Shown: piece after piece, positions 39,725 to 49,569 of the stretch
Layout of the letters: each line of letters opens with the position of its first letter
How positions within the stretch are numbered: position 1 is the first letter of the stretch
Assembly (NCBI GenBank): GCA_963745075.1
Contig: CAVUWV010000010.1
Location: 224,001-288,000 of the forward strand
Direction of reading: 5' to 3'
DNA length: 64,000 bases
Origin: Candidatus Hydrogenedentota bacterium
Lineage (GTDB): Bacteria; Hydrogenedentota; Hydrogenedentia; Hydrogenedentales; SLHB01
Notes under the pieces: generated by a model
Database searches by the model: none
What the model saw: only the letters and a program-made list of their open reading frames with translations
Told to the model about the DNA's origin: nothing
Translations under genes and position numbers: made by a program

Positions 39725-41187
39725 TTACGAATCTACAATCTGGAATGCGTACAGGGCGCCGCGGGTTAGGACAAACCGAATCGCTGTTGGTTTGTTATGT
39801 GTTGCGTCGCCGAAGGAACGTCTTCGCATCCCCCCAGACTACCCGGTACCGCAACGCATCTTGCCGCATCAGGTGCGACGCGTCGCGTTCGGCGCCTTGC
39901 ACAACATTGCCCTCGGCATCCACGAGTTCGATTGCGAGCCCATCCACAGCGACGTCCGCGTTTACAATCAGTTCGTCCCCTTCAAACGACAATACTTGCG
40001 TCTCCAGCTATCCCACTCGATTCCCCCTCGCGGACCCGCAGCCCGACAAACCGATCTTCCGGTAACGTGGCCAGTCCGATTCCCATCTCGCCCCAACCTT
40101 CGCCGTGGCGCGTCCCAACGCCGGTGTAGTAGATCCAGACCTTCCCATTCCGGCGAAACAGGGTCGTGCCCGGAAACACGCGGCCCGCATCCCAGGTGCC
40201 GGGCGTGGGGGAGAGGAAGGGGGCGCGGTCCGCGACACGCGTAGCCAGTCGCGGCCGTCGCGGCTCGACGACCAGTTGGGTGTCCATCGTTCCCAGACTG
40301 TTGTTGCCTTCGACCTCGTCGAGATGCAGTAACCATAGGATTCCGATCAGCACGTCGCCATAGGGCGTCACCGAGATCCCGTAGGGCTGCGTCCAGGGGT
40401 AGCCGTCCTCCTTGTCCGTCGTGAAGACCGTTTCTTTTGGCGTCCATTCCACGAAATCCTTGCTCACCGAAAGCCCGACACCCCGCATGACGGCCGGCCA
40501 ATCGGGATCGGGCACTTGCGCGCGCACATACGCGAGGTATTCGCCTTTCCATCGGACGACGCAGGTGCTCGTGTCGTTCTTCCCAATCGTGTCGCGCCAG
40601 TTGCGGATGGTCCACACCAACCCGTCCGGCGACTCGCCGACCGATGCGCCGCCCGCGCCTTTGTACCGTTTCATCGGGTCCGGGTCGTCCGGCGTGGGGA
40701 GGACGCAGAACCCGTGCGTCCCTTCGATGACGACGTTGTGCTTCTCGTGACGCCCGAATGGCCCGCGCCCCACCATCGGCTTCGTCCAGTGGATGCCGTC
40801 TTCGGACTCCGCGTAACAGGTGTAGTATTCCGCGGTCTGCGGATACTCGGGATTGTCCGGAATGCCGTTCTTGTATTCGTTCGCCAGATACCAGCACCGG
40901 AAGCGTTTCGCGCGTTCGTCGTAGAGCACGGTGCCGTAGATTTCGAGAATGCGTTTCTCCCACGGATACTCGGGCACGATGACGGGGTTGCCGGAGTGCT
41001 TCTCCGGCTGCTGAATGACGCGCTCCAGGTTATTCGTGTCGCGGATGAGGTAGTCGTCGAGGAAGAGTTGGGGGTTGTGGGAGATGGCGACAGGTGTGTC
41101 GTCTGCGTTTGCCAAAGGGATTAATGCGAGAACTACCATGGCAGGGACGACTACGCTCCACACACTTCGTTTCAGGCTTACCGTCAC
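39725..41187 (-). CDS. Exported five-bladed beta-propeller glycoside-hydrolase-like protein (paralog of 37385 gene); several indels
   Basis: GGAGG RBS plus GTG 41187, signal peptide, QLFLDD, NPVIVPEYPWE, YAESEDGIHW, VWIYYTG, IGLATLPEDRF; restoring frame gives SRDG motif and ...GALYAFQIVDS*. Confidence 0.75.
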
Positions 41188-41228
41188 CGCGTTTGCCTCC
41201 GATGTTTTGAAGATGGGTCCCCGCGTTC

Positions 41229-41621
41229 GGGCCGAGGAAGACAAATGGACGGGATCTCGTCCCATGTTAGCGATTCGATCTTGAACGTATTTGGGTGCTT
41301 CGTGAAGTTGTGTAGTTCCAACCGCGGCCAAGCGGCGCGGCCCCAAGGCCGGACGCCCCGTCTCATCATTCTTGTACGCCGCCTCGAAGGCGCCAAAGTC
41401 CAACTGTTCCAGCGCCGCCCAGACCAGCCGCCCCACCGAATTGCTTGGCAACAAACTCTCCAGCGAACCCGACACATACAGAGCTTGCGCCCGATTGTCG
41501 CTTATATAACGTGGCATGATGTCGCTCCCCCCTCACTCGTCCTGTCCAAATCGTCGCGCGTATGTATCAAACAAATCGCGCTTTGTCCAGAACTTCTTGC
41601 GGAAAGATTTTGGAAGTCCCC
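41229..41621 (-). mobile_element. Internally deleted copy of the IS1182-family element, inserted in a family C REP with CGTTC duplication
   Basis: 41321-41596 near-identical to 45217-45490; 41239-41310 similar to 43822-43896; flanked by AAGATGGGTCCCCGCGTTC and CGTTCGCGAGGATGAC. Confidence 0.8.
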
Positions 41622-42030
41622 CGTTCGCGAGGATGACGTTGCGGGGTGGTGTGGGGGTTTAGTTGCCGCGTGATGGCCTTCAATTGGCTGTGTCTGTCTT
41701 CGCCTTGGTGTCCATCGTGCCTTCGTGGTTCAAACGTATTTGGCGTCTGCACCCAGATGGAGAAAGAGGTTTCAAGGCAAACACTTGCGACGGGTGGGCA
41801 CGGGAAGACTCCCCCGTTTCGCGTCAAATATGACTTGCCGAGATTTGGCATTTCGCAATGTGCGCTGTAACATATGTTCGGTATCCGTACACTAGAGACC
41901 CGTTCTGAGAGTTCAACCTCATTCCCTGCAATGTGCGTGCGCACCCTGCACGCGCGCCCTGAAGTACAAAAATCAATAAAAACATCAACTTTGCATCCGG
42001 TACTGTCCGCACGTTTTGTACAATTCAAAT

Positions 42031-42046
42031 TGGCATGCCAAATGCG
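42031..42046 (+). promoter_or_regulatory. Possible sigma54 promoter
   Basis: TGGCATGCCAAATGCG = GG-N10-GC in an AT-rich intergenic tract. Confidence 0.45.
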
Positions 42047-42250
42047 TTTTCTGAATTCGATAAACGCGGTTCACCGAGGGCCAAGAACGCGTGCCGTAGC
42101 AGGGCGTTAACAACTGATCTGCCTCGCGCAGAGTTGGCGGCGGGCAAGTGCGCCCCCTACTCGTTCTACCCCGTAATTGTTTGAGGTGATGCCCGCGTTC
42201 GGCTGTTGGTCGTCACGGTTACTGTCCTTACTAAGGACCGGGAGTGAATC

Positions 42251-42421
42251 ATGGAACGTTTGCCAAGTACCATCGAAAACAATCGGAACGATTCGGTGCA
42301 GCCCGATGATCAGAAAGTCGCGCATCCCGTCCTTCTGGCAGCACTGAAAGCGACCGTACAGGCCCGCGAGTCGGCGCTCCAGTTAACGACCGATCAATCT
42401 TCGCGTCTTCCCGGAAGGTGA
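42251..42421 (+). CDS. Putative 56-aa small protein (MERLPSTIENN...SSRLPGR)
   Basis: GGGAG RBS, ATG 42251, TGA 42419-42421; below the ORF-track cutoff. Confidence 0.35.
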   Translation: MERLPSTIENNRNDSVQPDDQKVAHPVLLAALKATVQARESALQLTTDQSSRLPGR

Positions 42422-42771
42422 TTACCGTTTCCGAAGCGTTTTGGTTTTGGCCCTCGCACGGGGCAGCGGGCCGGGTGTTTGCGGTGGGCGGCATGCTCGC
42501 CAATTTGCACCAGGCTACCGACTCTTCGGTGAGCCGTTCCGAGAGCTCTGCGGGATTTGAGGGCGTCTGGTTTTCCCGGGTGCCAGCGACCGGGTACGGC
42601 GGAAGATTACGCCGCCTCAATGTTACCCCACATATCCGGCGAATCGGGTCTTGCCAGTTATATTTTCTTTGTGGTATTCTACTTACCTTGGGCGGCTTCT
42701 TTAGCGATGTGTAAACGATTCGCGACCTGGGGTAGGGCATTGAAGCAGGTTGAGGGGAGGAGGAGCCAAAG

Positions 42772-43011
42772 GTGCGTCGTATTACCATTGAACTAACAGA
42801 CCATGACGCGATCGATCTGGAAGCTGCGGCCAGATACGATCAATACGGTTGCCGAGCGGAAGACGCCATTAATCGAGCAATTCGCCGTTCAATCGACGAG
42901 TTTCGCGCGGAGCGCGTGCGACGGATGACTATGGATAATGCCGAACAAGAACTTGAGATGGCACTAAAGATCTTCGTCCGCGATGACTTCAAAGAGTATT
43001 TCGCCCACTGA
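42772..43011 (+). CDS. Small hypothetical protein, possibly ribbon-helix-helix
   Basis: Strong RBS GAGGAGGAG; N-terminal RRITIELTD strand followed by helices (..INRAIRRSI..). Confidence 0.55.
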   Translation: MRRITIELTDHDAIDLEAAARYDQYGCRAEDAINRAIRRSIDEFRAERVRRMTMDNAEQELEMALKIFVRDDFKEYFAH

Positions 43012-43144
43012 CGTGTGTATGTCTTCCGTGCTGCCGGAGGAAGACCTTGGTACCCGGACATGAGCACCTTGAAGGGCCGTAACTCTCGGTGCTCGACCAC
43101 GTCGGGGGGGAACGGACGGACACGCCCTTCGCAGGAGTCTCCCG

Positions 43145-43807
43145 CTATTGTGAAAGTCTTGGGCTACAAGTTGGCTGGGTCAAGGTGCAATACTGTCTGT
43201 ACAGTGCATATGCAATCGTGCCCGTCCCGAGAAACTCTAAGATATCTTCAAAAAAAGACGTGAAATGGTACGCCCACGTCTGCGGTCCGTTAGAGGTCCA
43301 CAAGTATTCGGAAAGGGCTTCCAGCAGTATACCACCGAGAAAGGCCATAGCTACGCCGAGGAATAGTAACCGCTTCGCCCGGGATTCGATGCTGCTGAGA
43401 AGATTCCGAAAGAATAACCACGCAACAACCAGAGATCCGGCCGCAACGACAGGCACAAGGACCGGAGCACCCACGTAAACATCGACCCGCCTTACAAACC
43501 CGATGATAAATGTCTGCAACTCAAAGGCTTTGGTCGTGGCCAAAGCGAAAACAACTCCGGTAACGACCAACCATTGACGCCAGAGCACGCGTTCGGCATC
43601 TTGGTAGTGCACGGCGATAAGCATCGAGAAGACGCAGGCCTGATATAGCAGCAAGGATGGGAAGAGTACCGCGCTCGTTGATTCGCAGAATTCGACCAGT
43701 CTGTGCGGATGGGAGAAGATGGAAGGGTGGCCGGGAGTCTCCTGAAGAAAATGCACCCAACATATGAGTGCTGAAAGTGCAACAAGTGCCAGTATATTCT
43801 TCCATTT
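43145..43807 (-). pseudogene. Multi-pass membrane protein, 5'-truncated by the IS end
   Basis: About six hydrophobic helices, lower GC; reading frame runs straight into the IS terminal repeat with no native start. Confidence 0.55.
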
Positions 43808-45518
43808 GGGGCCTTCCAAAAAGACAAATGGACGGGATTCTTCGTTCCCATGTTAGCGATTCGATCTTGATCACGCTATTTGGGGGTCGTGAAGTTGGTC
43901 GATGGGTGCCGATCTTTATTGATAGGTTTGTATCGTGCAGGATTCTCCGTTTCTTTTCGCTCTTTTTTTCTTATGCGGTGGCCGCTGTTAGATTCATCGG
44001 CTGCCATATCCCGATGAGAAGACATAGATTATGAGTCAGTTGATGCCATTTCAGTTCGGCTTGCGCGCCTGTTAGGCCCCAGGTTCGGCATCGTGTCCAA
44101 CCGAGCAGGCCTTTGATGCGTGCGAATACGCCTTCCACGACACACCATCGCGCTGTTTTCATTCGATGGCCTTCGGGGGTCTCCAGGCGCTGTGCCAGTT
44201 CGTTCAGCAATTCCACCTGTACGGGCCGGTTGACGCTGCGTCCTTGTTTGGTGTGGGGACAGCACTGCGGTTTGTTCGGACACGCGTGGCAATCGGCTTG
44301 GGGCGCTTGGTAGACCACCGAGGTTTTGTCGTTGTTCAGTTTGCGTCGCCGCAACGTTTGTCCCGCGGGACAGCGCATGGTGTCCGTGTCGGCCTCGTAC
44401 TCGAAGGCGCCGGCGACAAACTCTTCACTGATATCTTTGGGCTTTCGATTCTTTGCCCGGTCTTCGGGAACAAAACAGCGAATGCCGTTTTCTTCCAGGT
44501 CGGCCAACTGCTTGCGATTGTGGTAGCCCGAATCTGCCGCCGCCGATTGAATCATGACGGCGCCCTCCCCCAAAGCCGCATCCAATGCCTGTTGCGCTTG
44601 TTTAAGTTGCGGCGCCAACTGGCCCTCGTCGTTGCCTTGTTGAACGATCTCAGCGTGAACGATGACCCCCGAATCCAAGTCGGCGGTGACCTGGACATTG
44701 TGCGCGGGGCCAAAGCCTCCGCCTTTGAGCTTTTTGCGGTCGGCCTCCGGTTCGCTCACCGTAATGCAGTCCTCCGCTTCGGTCCGGCCCAAGATATCCA
44801 TTTCCTCCAGCGCGCGCTCCAAGCGATTCAACTTCTGCTCCAGGGACTTGGCCGTCTTCTCCTCCGGCCCGTCCACCTCGTCGAGCTTTTGCCGAATGAC
44901 CTCCTTCAAGCGGTCCCGTTGCTTCTCCATTCGCCTGCGGCTACGCACCGCCCGGCATCACGCGCAGCGCGTGACTCGGATCACCGAACCATCTACCCCC
45001 ATGGACTCGCCCGGCAACAGATTGCCTCGGCCCAAGGCTGCCAGCACCTGCGTACTCAGGTCGGTCAACGCCTCCGTATGCTTCGTGCGAAAATCGCACA
45101 GCGTACTCTTCTTGACCGGCGCGTCTCCCAGCAACCAGCGAAACTCAAGGTCTCTCTTGCACTGCCGCGCCAATTCAAGCGACGACATACTCCCTCGAAG
45201 CAGCGACAGGATCCATACCGCGGCCAAGCGGCGCGGCCCCAAGGCCGGACGCCCCGTCTCATCATTCTTGTACGCCGCCTCGAAGGCGCCAAAGTCCAAC
45301 TGTTCCAGCGCCGCCCAGACCAGCCGCCCCACCGAATTGCTTGGCAACAAACTCTCCAGCGAACCCGACACATACAGAGCTTGCGCCCGATTGTCGCTTA
45401 TATAACGTGGCATGATGTCGCTCCCCTCACTCGTCCTGTCCAAATCGTCGCGCGTATGTATCAAACAAATCGCGCTTTGTCCAGAACTTCGTGGGGTAAA
45501 CACTTTTTGGAAGGCCCC
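43808..45518 (-). mobile_element. IS1182-family insertion sequence (1711 bp)
   Basis: Perfect 16-bp terminal IR GGGGCCTTCCAAAAAG (43808-43823 / 45503-45518) enclosing the transposase. Confidence 0.9.
43971..45413 (-). CDS. IS1182-family DDE transposase, frame broken near 44960
   Basis: GRPALGP..SS..RWLLG..STLCDFR (DUF772-like), VDGS, AADSGY, CPAG..CHACPNKPQC, VEGVFARIK. Confidence 0.88.
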
Positions 45519-45612
45519 GAAAGCGGGGGTCCATCTTCAAATTGATTGGGCGAAATCCGATGCGCATCTGTTATACGATGACCTCACTTGACCTCGAGAC
45601 CGGAGAATAGCG

Positions 45613-46974
45613 ATGTCCATCTGCACACTTGGAATCATCGGTCTGGTTTCCGCCATACCCGGTGTTGCTTCCGCCGCCGGCTTCGCCATGACCAACGAAG
45701 TCTCCCTCATCGACTACGGAGGCATCCCTTTCGTCTACGATCTCGATGGCGCGCCCGGCGCGGAAATCCTCTGGCTCCAGTCGCCGGGCATTTTCCACAG
45801 CCACGTCTTTGACGACGGACCTTGGAACGGGCGCATCCGCGAAGACGAACGTACCCACTTCTGCCTCACCGCGACTACGTCCAGTGGCAAGATCCTCTGG
45901 CAGATCGGATCGCCGTGGAACGGCGACCGGCCGTTCATCACCCATTGCGGTGAACGGGGATTGGACTGCGCCGACCTCGACGGGGATGGCGCACCGGAGA
46001 TCGTTTGCGTGCGCAATGACGATATTGTGTTAATTGATGGCCGAAGCGGCGCAATCGAAAAGTCCGTGACGGCACCCGCCGACAACGCCCAGATCGTTCG
46101 CATCGCACACACTGGTCCCACGGATTGGACGATCCTCGCCAAGAACTCCGAGTCCGTCCTATCCGCCCTACGAATACGCGAATCCGTGCTGGTTCTACGA
46201 TGCGGGACTTAAACCTGGTGAAGACCGCCGAAATTCACGGCGGCGGGCATGCGCCCATGGTCTACGACATCGACGGCGATGGGCTCGACGAATTTCTCAT
46301 CGGCTACAACGCGATCGACGGCGATCTCAAAACGGTGTGGACCTATCGTGCGGTTCCCGATTCCGAGTGGGACGCCGCCGAGATGCACGTTGACACGATT
46401 GCCGTAGGTAAAGTCGCCGACCGGTTGAGCGTGGCCTTAGCTGCCAGCGATCAACAATATCTACTCGACGCGAAGACGGGCGATCTGCTGTGGAGTCACG
46501 AAGGCACGCACCCGCAGGCCTGCGCCATAGGGCATTTCCTGCCCGGCACGAAAGACGCGCAAGTCGTCCTGCACAATAAGCGCGCCGACCTCCAACTTTT
46601 TGACGCCAATGGCCAGGAAATCTGGCGCATGACGCCGCCCGAAAACTTTCCGTTGGGCAAAGCCGAACCGTGCAAGCGCCAAGCCTTCCACACCTTCAGC
46701 CCTATCACTGTTCTGCGCGGAGCGGGGGAGAAGGGCGTCGACCTTATCGTATTTTCTGACGAGGGCTGGCCCTACGTGATTGGAAGCGACGGCACGCCGC
46801 ACCCTCGATTTTCCGTACACGCCGAACGCAGCCCAGGACTGGGGCGACGTCCCTGGCCGCCCCGACGACTATGGCTACGGCTTCTACGTCCGCGTCAACG
46901 ATTTTGACGGCGACGGAGAAGACGAAGTCATGATCAGCGACCGCCGCTTTGCGTGGTTCTACGGTGTAGACTGA
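45613..46974 (+). CDS. Exported beta-propeller protein with FG-GAP-like DxDGDG repeats; frameshifts near 46155-46215 and 46797
   Basis: Signal peptide; YDLDGAPGAEI, ADLDGDGAPEI, GGGH..YDIDGDGLDE, HVD, NDFDGDGEDEV spread over three frames. Confidence 0.7.
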
Positions 46975-46994
46975 CCTGACGCTTCGATGATCGG

Positions 46995-48062
46995 TTATTT
47001 GAGCGGTTTGCTCGTCAACAGCCCGACGCCGCGCCCCTTGTCGCCGACCGCGCAGTAGTACATGTAAAACGTATCGTTGGCCGCGTTATACACGAGCGAG
47101 ATTTTATGCGCGTACTTCGCGTCCAACCCACCCGGATGTCCGCCCGCTTTGTATAGCGGCTCGTCGTCCTTGGTCCAGTGCAGCAGGTCCCGTGAATACG
47201 CGGCCATGATGTGCGCCCCGCCGTTGCCGACACCGAAGTAGAGCATGACCCAATGGTCGCCGTCGCGGTAAACCTTCCCGTCAGAACAGAACTTTTCGTC
47301 ATAGGACCCTGGGCCGCCATTGCGCACGACAGGATTCTCTTCGTAGCGTTGCCAGTGGACGAGATCGGTCGAGGTGGCTACACCCATCTGCTCGGTCGAT
47401 TCGTTGGCGGCGTTATAGAAATCCCAGAATTTTCCGTCGTGTTCCAGCAGCCAGGGCTGGTAAATGCAGTCCTTTTCCCATTCCTTCGCGCCTTCGATGG
47501 ACAAGGTCGGCGTATCCTCGGACTGGCGATGCCACGTCTTCCCGTCATCGCTCCAGGCGAGCCCTTCCGCGCCGGGCCGCAACTCGTACCCCCCCTGCCG
47601 CGGGTAACAGCCGTACAGCACCCAGTACTTGCCCTGCCAGCGCTTGGGCACGCGCGACGCCTTCAGGTCGTAGCTTTCCAGCAACAGACCACCGAACGTC
47701 ACGCCGCCGTAGTCGTAAGCGCCGGGCTTGCCGTAGCCCATCGCCAATCCCTGGGGCTTCCAATGCACGAGATCCGTGCTGGTCGCCAGGGCCGTCTGGT
47801 AGCCCGTGCCGTCAAAACCCGTGAACCACATCTGCCACGTATCGCCCAACTTCCACACCAGCGGACAGTCCGTCATCTGAAACCCGAGTTCCTCGGCCGG
47901 ATTCGGCGGCAGCACGTAGTCGGGATAGTAATGCCATCCGCGGAATGCCTCGGACCACGTTTTTACGGTTTCATTCGGGATGGCGTTGGCGTCCTGCGCA
48001 CTGGCGGCAAAACACAGGAAGACAACAAACAGGATGTACAGGGCGCGGCCGACTGCGCTCAT
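46995..48062 (-). CDS. Exported five-bladed beta-propeller glycoside-hydrolase-like protein
   Basis: Signal peptide; repeats LATSTDLVHW, WSDDGKTW, ATSTDLVHW, YSRDLLHW; ENPV; YMYYCAV. Confidence 0.8.
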   Translation of the reverse strand: MSAVGRALYILFVVFLCFAASAQDANAIPNETVKTWSEAFRGWHYYPDYVLPPNPAEELGFQMTDCPLVWKLGDTWQMWFTGFDGTGYQTALATSTDLVHWKPQGLAMGYGKPGAYDYGGVTFGGLLLESYDLKASRVPKRWQGKYWVLYGCYPRQGGYELRPGAEGLAWSDDGKTWHRQSEDTPTLSIEGAKEWEKDCIYQPWLLEHDGKFWDFYNAANESTEQMGVATSTDLVHWQRYEENPVVRNGGPGSYDEKFCSDGKVYRDGDHWVMLYFGVGNGGAHIMAAYSRDLLHWTKDDEPLYKAGGHPGGLDAKYAHKISLVYNAANDTFYMYYCAVGDKGRGVGLLTSKPLK

Positions 48063-48206
48063 GACGCACTAACACCTTTCGATAAAGATAGGTTCGGATT
48101 GCTGAAAGCAAGCATAGCATGCCATGGCCACGCGATGAATTGACGGGCTCGGGCGACTGTGCCATGCTCTGAAGCCAAACGGAAGAACCGTTCGATTGGA
48201 GATGCG

Positions 48207-49172
48207 ATGAACGCTCGGATTCAGATTCGGCTGCTCTTGGCGACCCTACTCTGCGCGGCGGCGGCCATCGCTGCGGGCGCGAGTTCCCCGCAGGATGTTG
48301 TTCGCGTCATGACCTACAACGTCCAGTTCCTTCCCGGCCCGGCCTCCTCGCAAGACAAACGGCCCGAACCCGAGTATCGGGCACGCCGGATCGCCGACGA
48401 GGCCGCCAACTTTGACGTGGTCGCGCTCGAAGAAACCTTTGATGAAGGGTGCCGGAAGATTATCCTCGATACGCTGCGCGAAAAATGGGACGGACAGCTC
48501 AACGTGGTGATCAGTCCGAAGCCCGACGGATTCTTCACCAACGGCGGCTGCCTCATCGCGACGCGGCTCCCCATCATCGAATTCGATGCCGTCGTGTACA
48601 AACACTTCAGCAGCCCCGCGGACTACGGGTTTCGCGCCGACGGCTTTGCGGCCAAGGGTGTCATCTTCGCCCGGATCGCGCGAAGCAAGGATGATTTGAA
48701 GGAATGTATTGACGTTTTCGCGACCCATCTGGAGGCACGCGCCGACGAACTTCGTCCCGAGCAGTACAAGGAAATGGCGGCGTTCATTAAAGCGAAGAGC
48801 GATCCCGCCAATCCCCTGCTCCTGATGGGCGACTTCAACACGCGCGGTGACCTCGAATATCGAAACGATCCTAATTCCCAATACAGTCAATTGTTCGCCG
48901 CTTTGAATTCGGTCCGTCCCGTCACGGATGTATGGCCCGCGCTGCACGGCGACGCCCTCGGCGGCACCACGGAACAGGAGTCCGACGAAATCGGCCATCG
49001 CATTGACTACGTCATCGTCGGAAGTCAGCAAGACGATCATCCTGCGTTGAAGCCCATGCTGATCCAAGTGAACGCCTATCGGGACGACCGAGTCTACGCA
49101 CTGTCGGATCACAACGCGGTTGAGGCTGAACTGGATTGGGCGGATGTTGCCGGCGAATCCGGTACAAAGTAA
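48207..49172 (+). CDS. Exported endonuclease/exonuclease/phosphatase-family protein (sphingomyelinase-like)
   Basis: VMTYNV, DVVALEETF, AAKGV, ATHL, MGDFN, RIDYV, LSDH. Confidence 0.85.
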   Translation: MNARIQIRLLLATLLCAAAAIAAGASSPQDVVRVMTYNVQFLPGPASSQDKRPEPEYRARRIADEAANFDVVALEETFDEGCRKIILDTLREKWDGQLNVVISPKPDGFFTNGGCLIATRLPIIEFDAVVYKHFSSPADYGFRADGFAAKGVIFARIARSKDDLKECIDVFATHLEARADELRPEQYKEMAAFIKAKSDPANPLLLMGDFNTRGDLEYRNDPNSQYSQLFAALNSVRPVTDVWPALHGDALGGTTEQESDEIGHRIDYVIVGSQQDDHPALKPMLIQVNAYRDDRVYALSDHNAVEAELDWADVAGESGTK

Positions 49173-49234
49173 CTCGGCCACGGGATCATGCACGTCGAAG
49201 GAATCACGCCGGGATGACTTCACTCGAGAGCCGC

Positions 49235-49435
49235 AAGATGGGTCCCCGCGTTCGCGAGGATGACGGTTTGGGGCGGTGTGCAGGTTTGGGTTTATCCTTG
49301 CGCAGCTCCCGGTGTGCGACAGAACCACTTCGCAACAAGCGGGTAGGACTACACAATGATACAAAGTCTTACATCAAAGCCCGTAACCTTGCACAAACCC
49401 ACACCGTCATCCTCGCGAACGCGGGGACCCATCTT
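49235..49435. repeat. Paired REP family C (GTCATCCTCGCGAACGCGGGGACCCATCTT)
   Basis: Perfect 33-bp inverted repeat 49235-49267 / 49403-49435; degenerate unit at 49505-49530; halves also flank both IS copies. Confidence 0.9.
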
Positions 49436-49569
49436 CAGTAGGACTACACAACAACAAAGGAGTTCACATTGAAGCGACGAATCCCACACAACTCCACTCC
49501 GCCACTCCCGCGAACGCGGGAATGTATCTTGCCCGGTCTTCGTGATGCCACCTGGTTCAAAATCCAGTC

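Noticed and set aside
39982..41517. 511-aa ORF appearing to fuse a transposase N-terminus to a glycosidase
   Set aside because: Chance read-through from the mini-IS; the glycosidase has its own RBS, GTG at 41187 and signal peptide.
44940..44975. Programmed frameshift in the transposase
   Set aside because: No slippery A-run is visible, IS1182 transposases are normally one ORF, and the region is indel-prone; error or mutation is more likely.
18091..49435. Possible CRISPR array from recurring palindromic repeats
   Set aside because: Repeats are dispersed inverted pairs, not regularly spaced direct repeats, and there are no cas genes.
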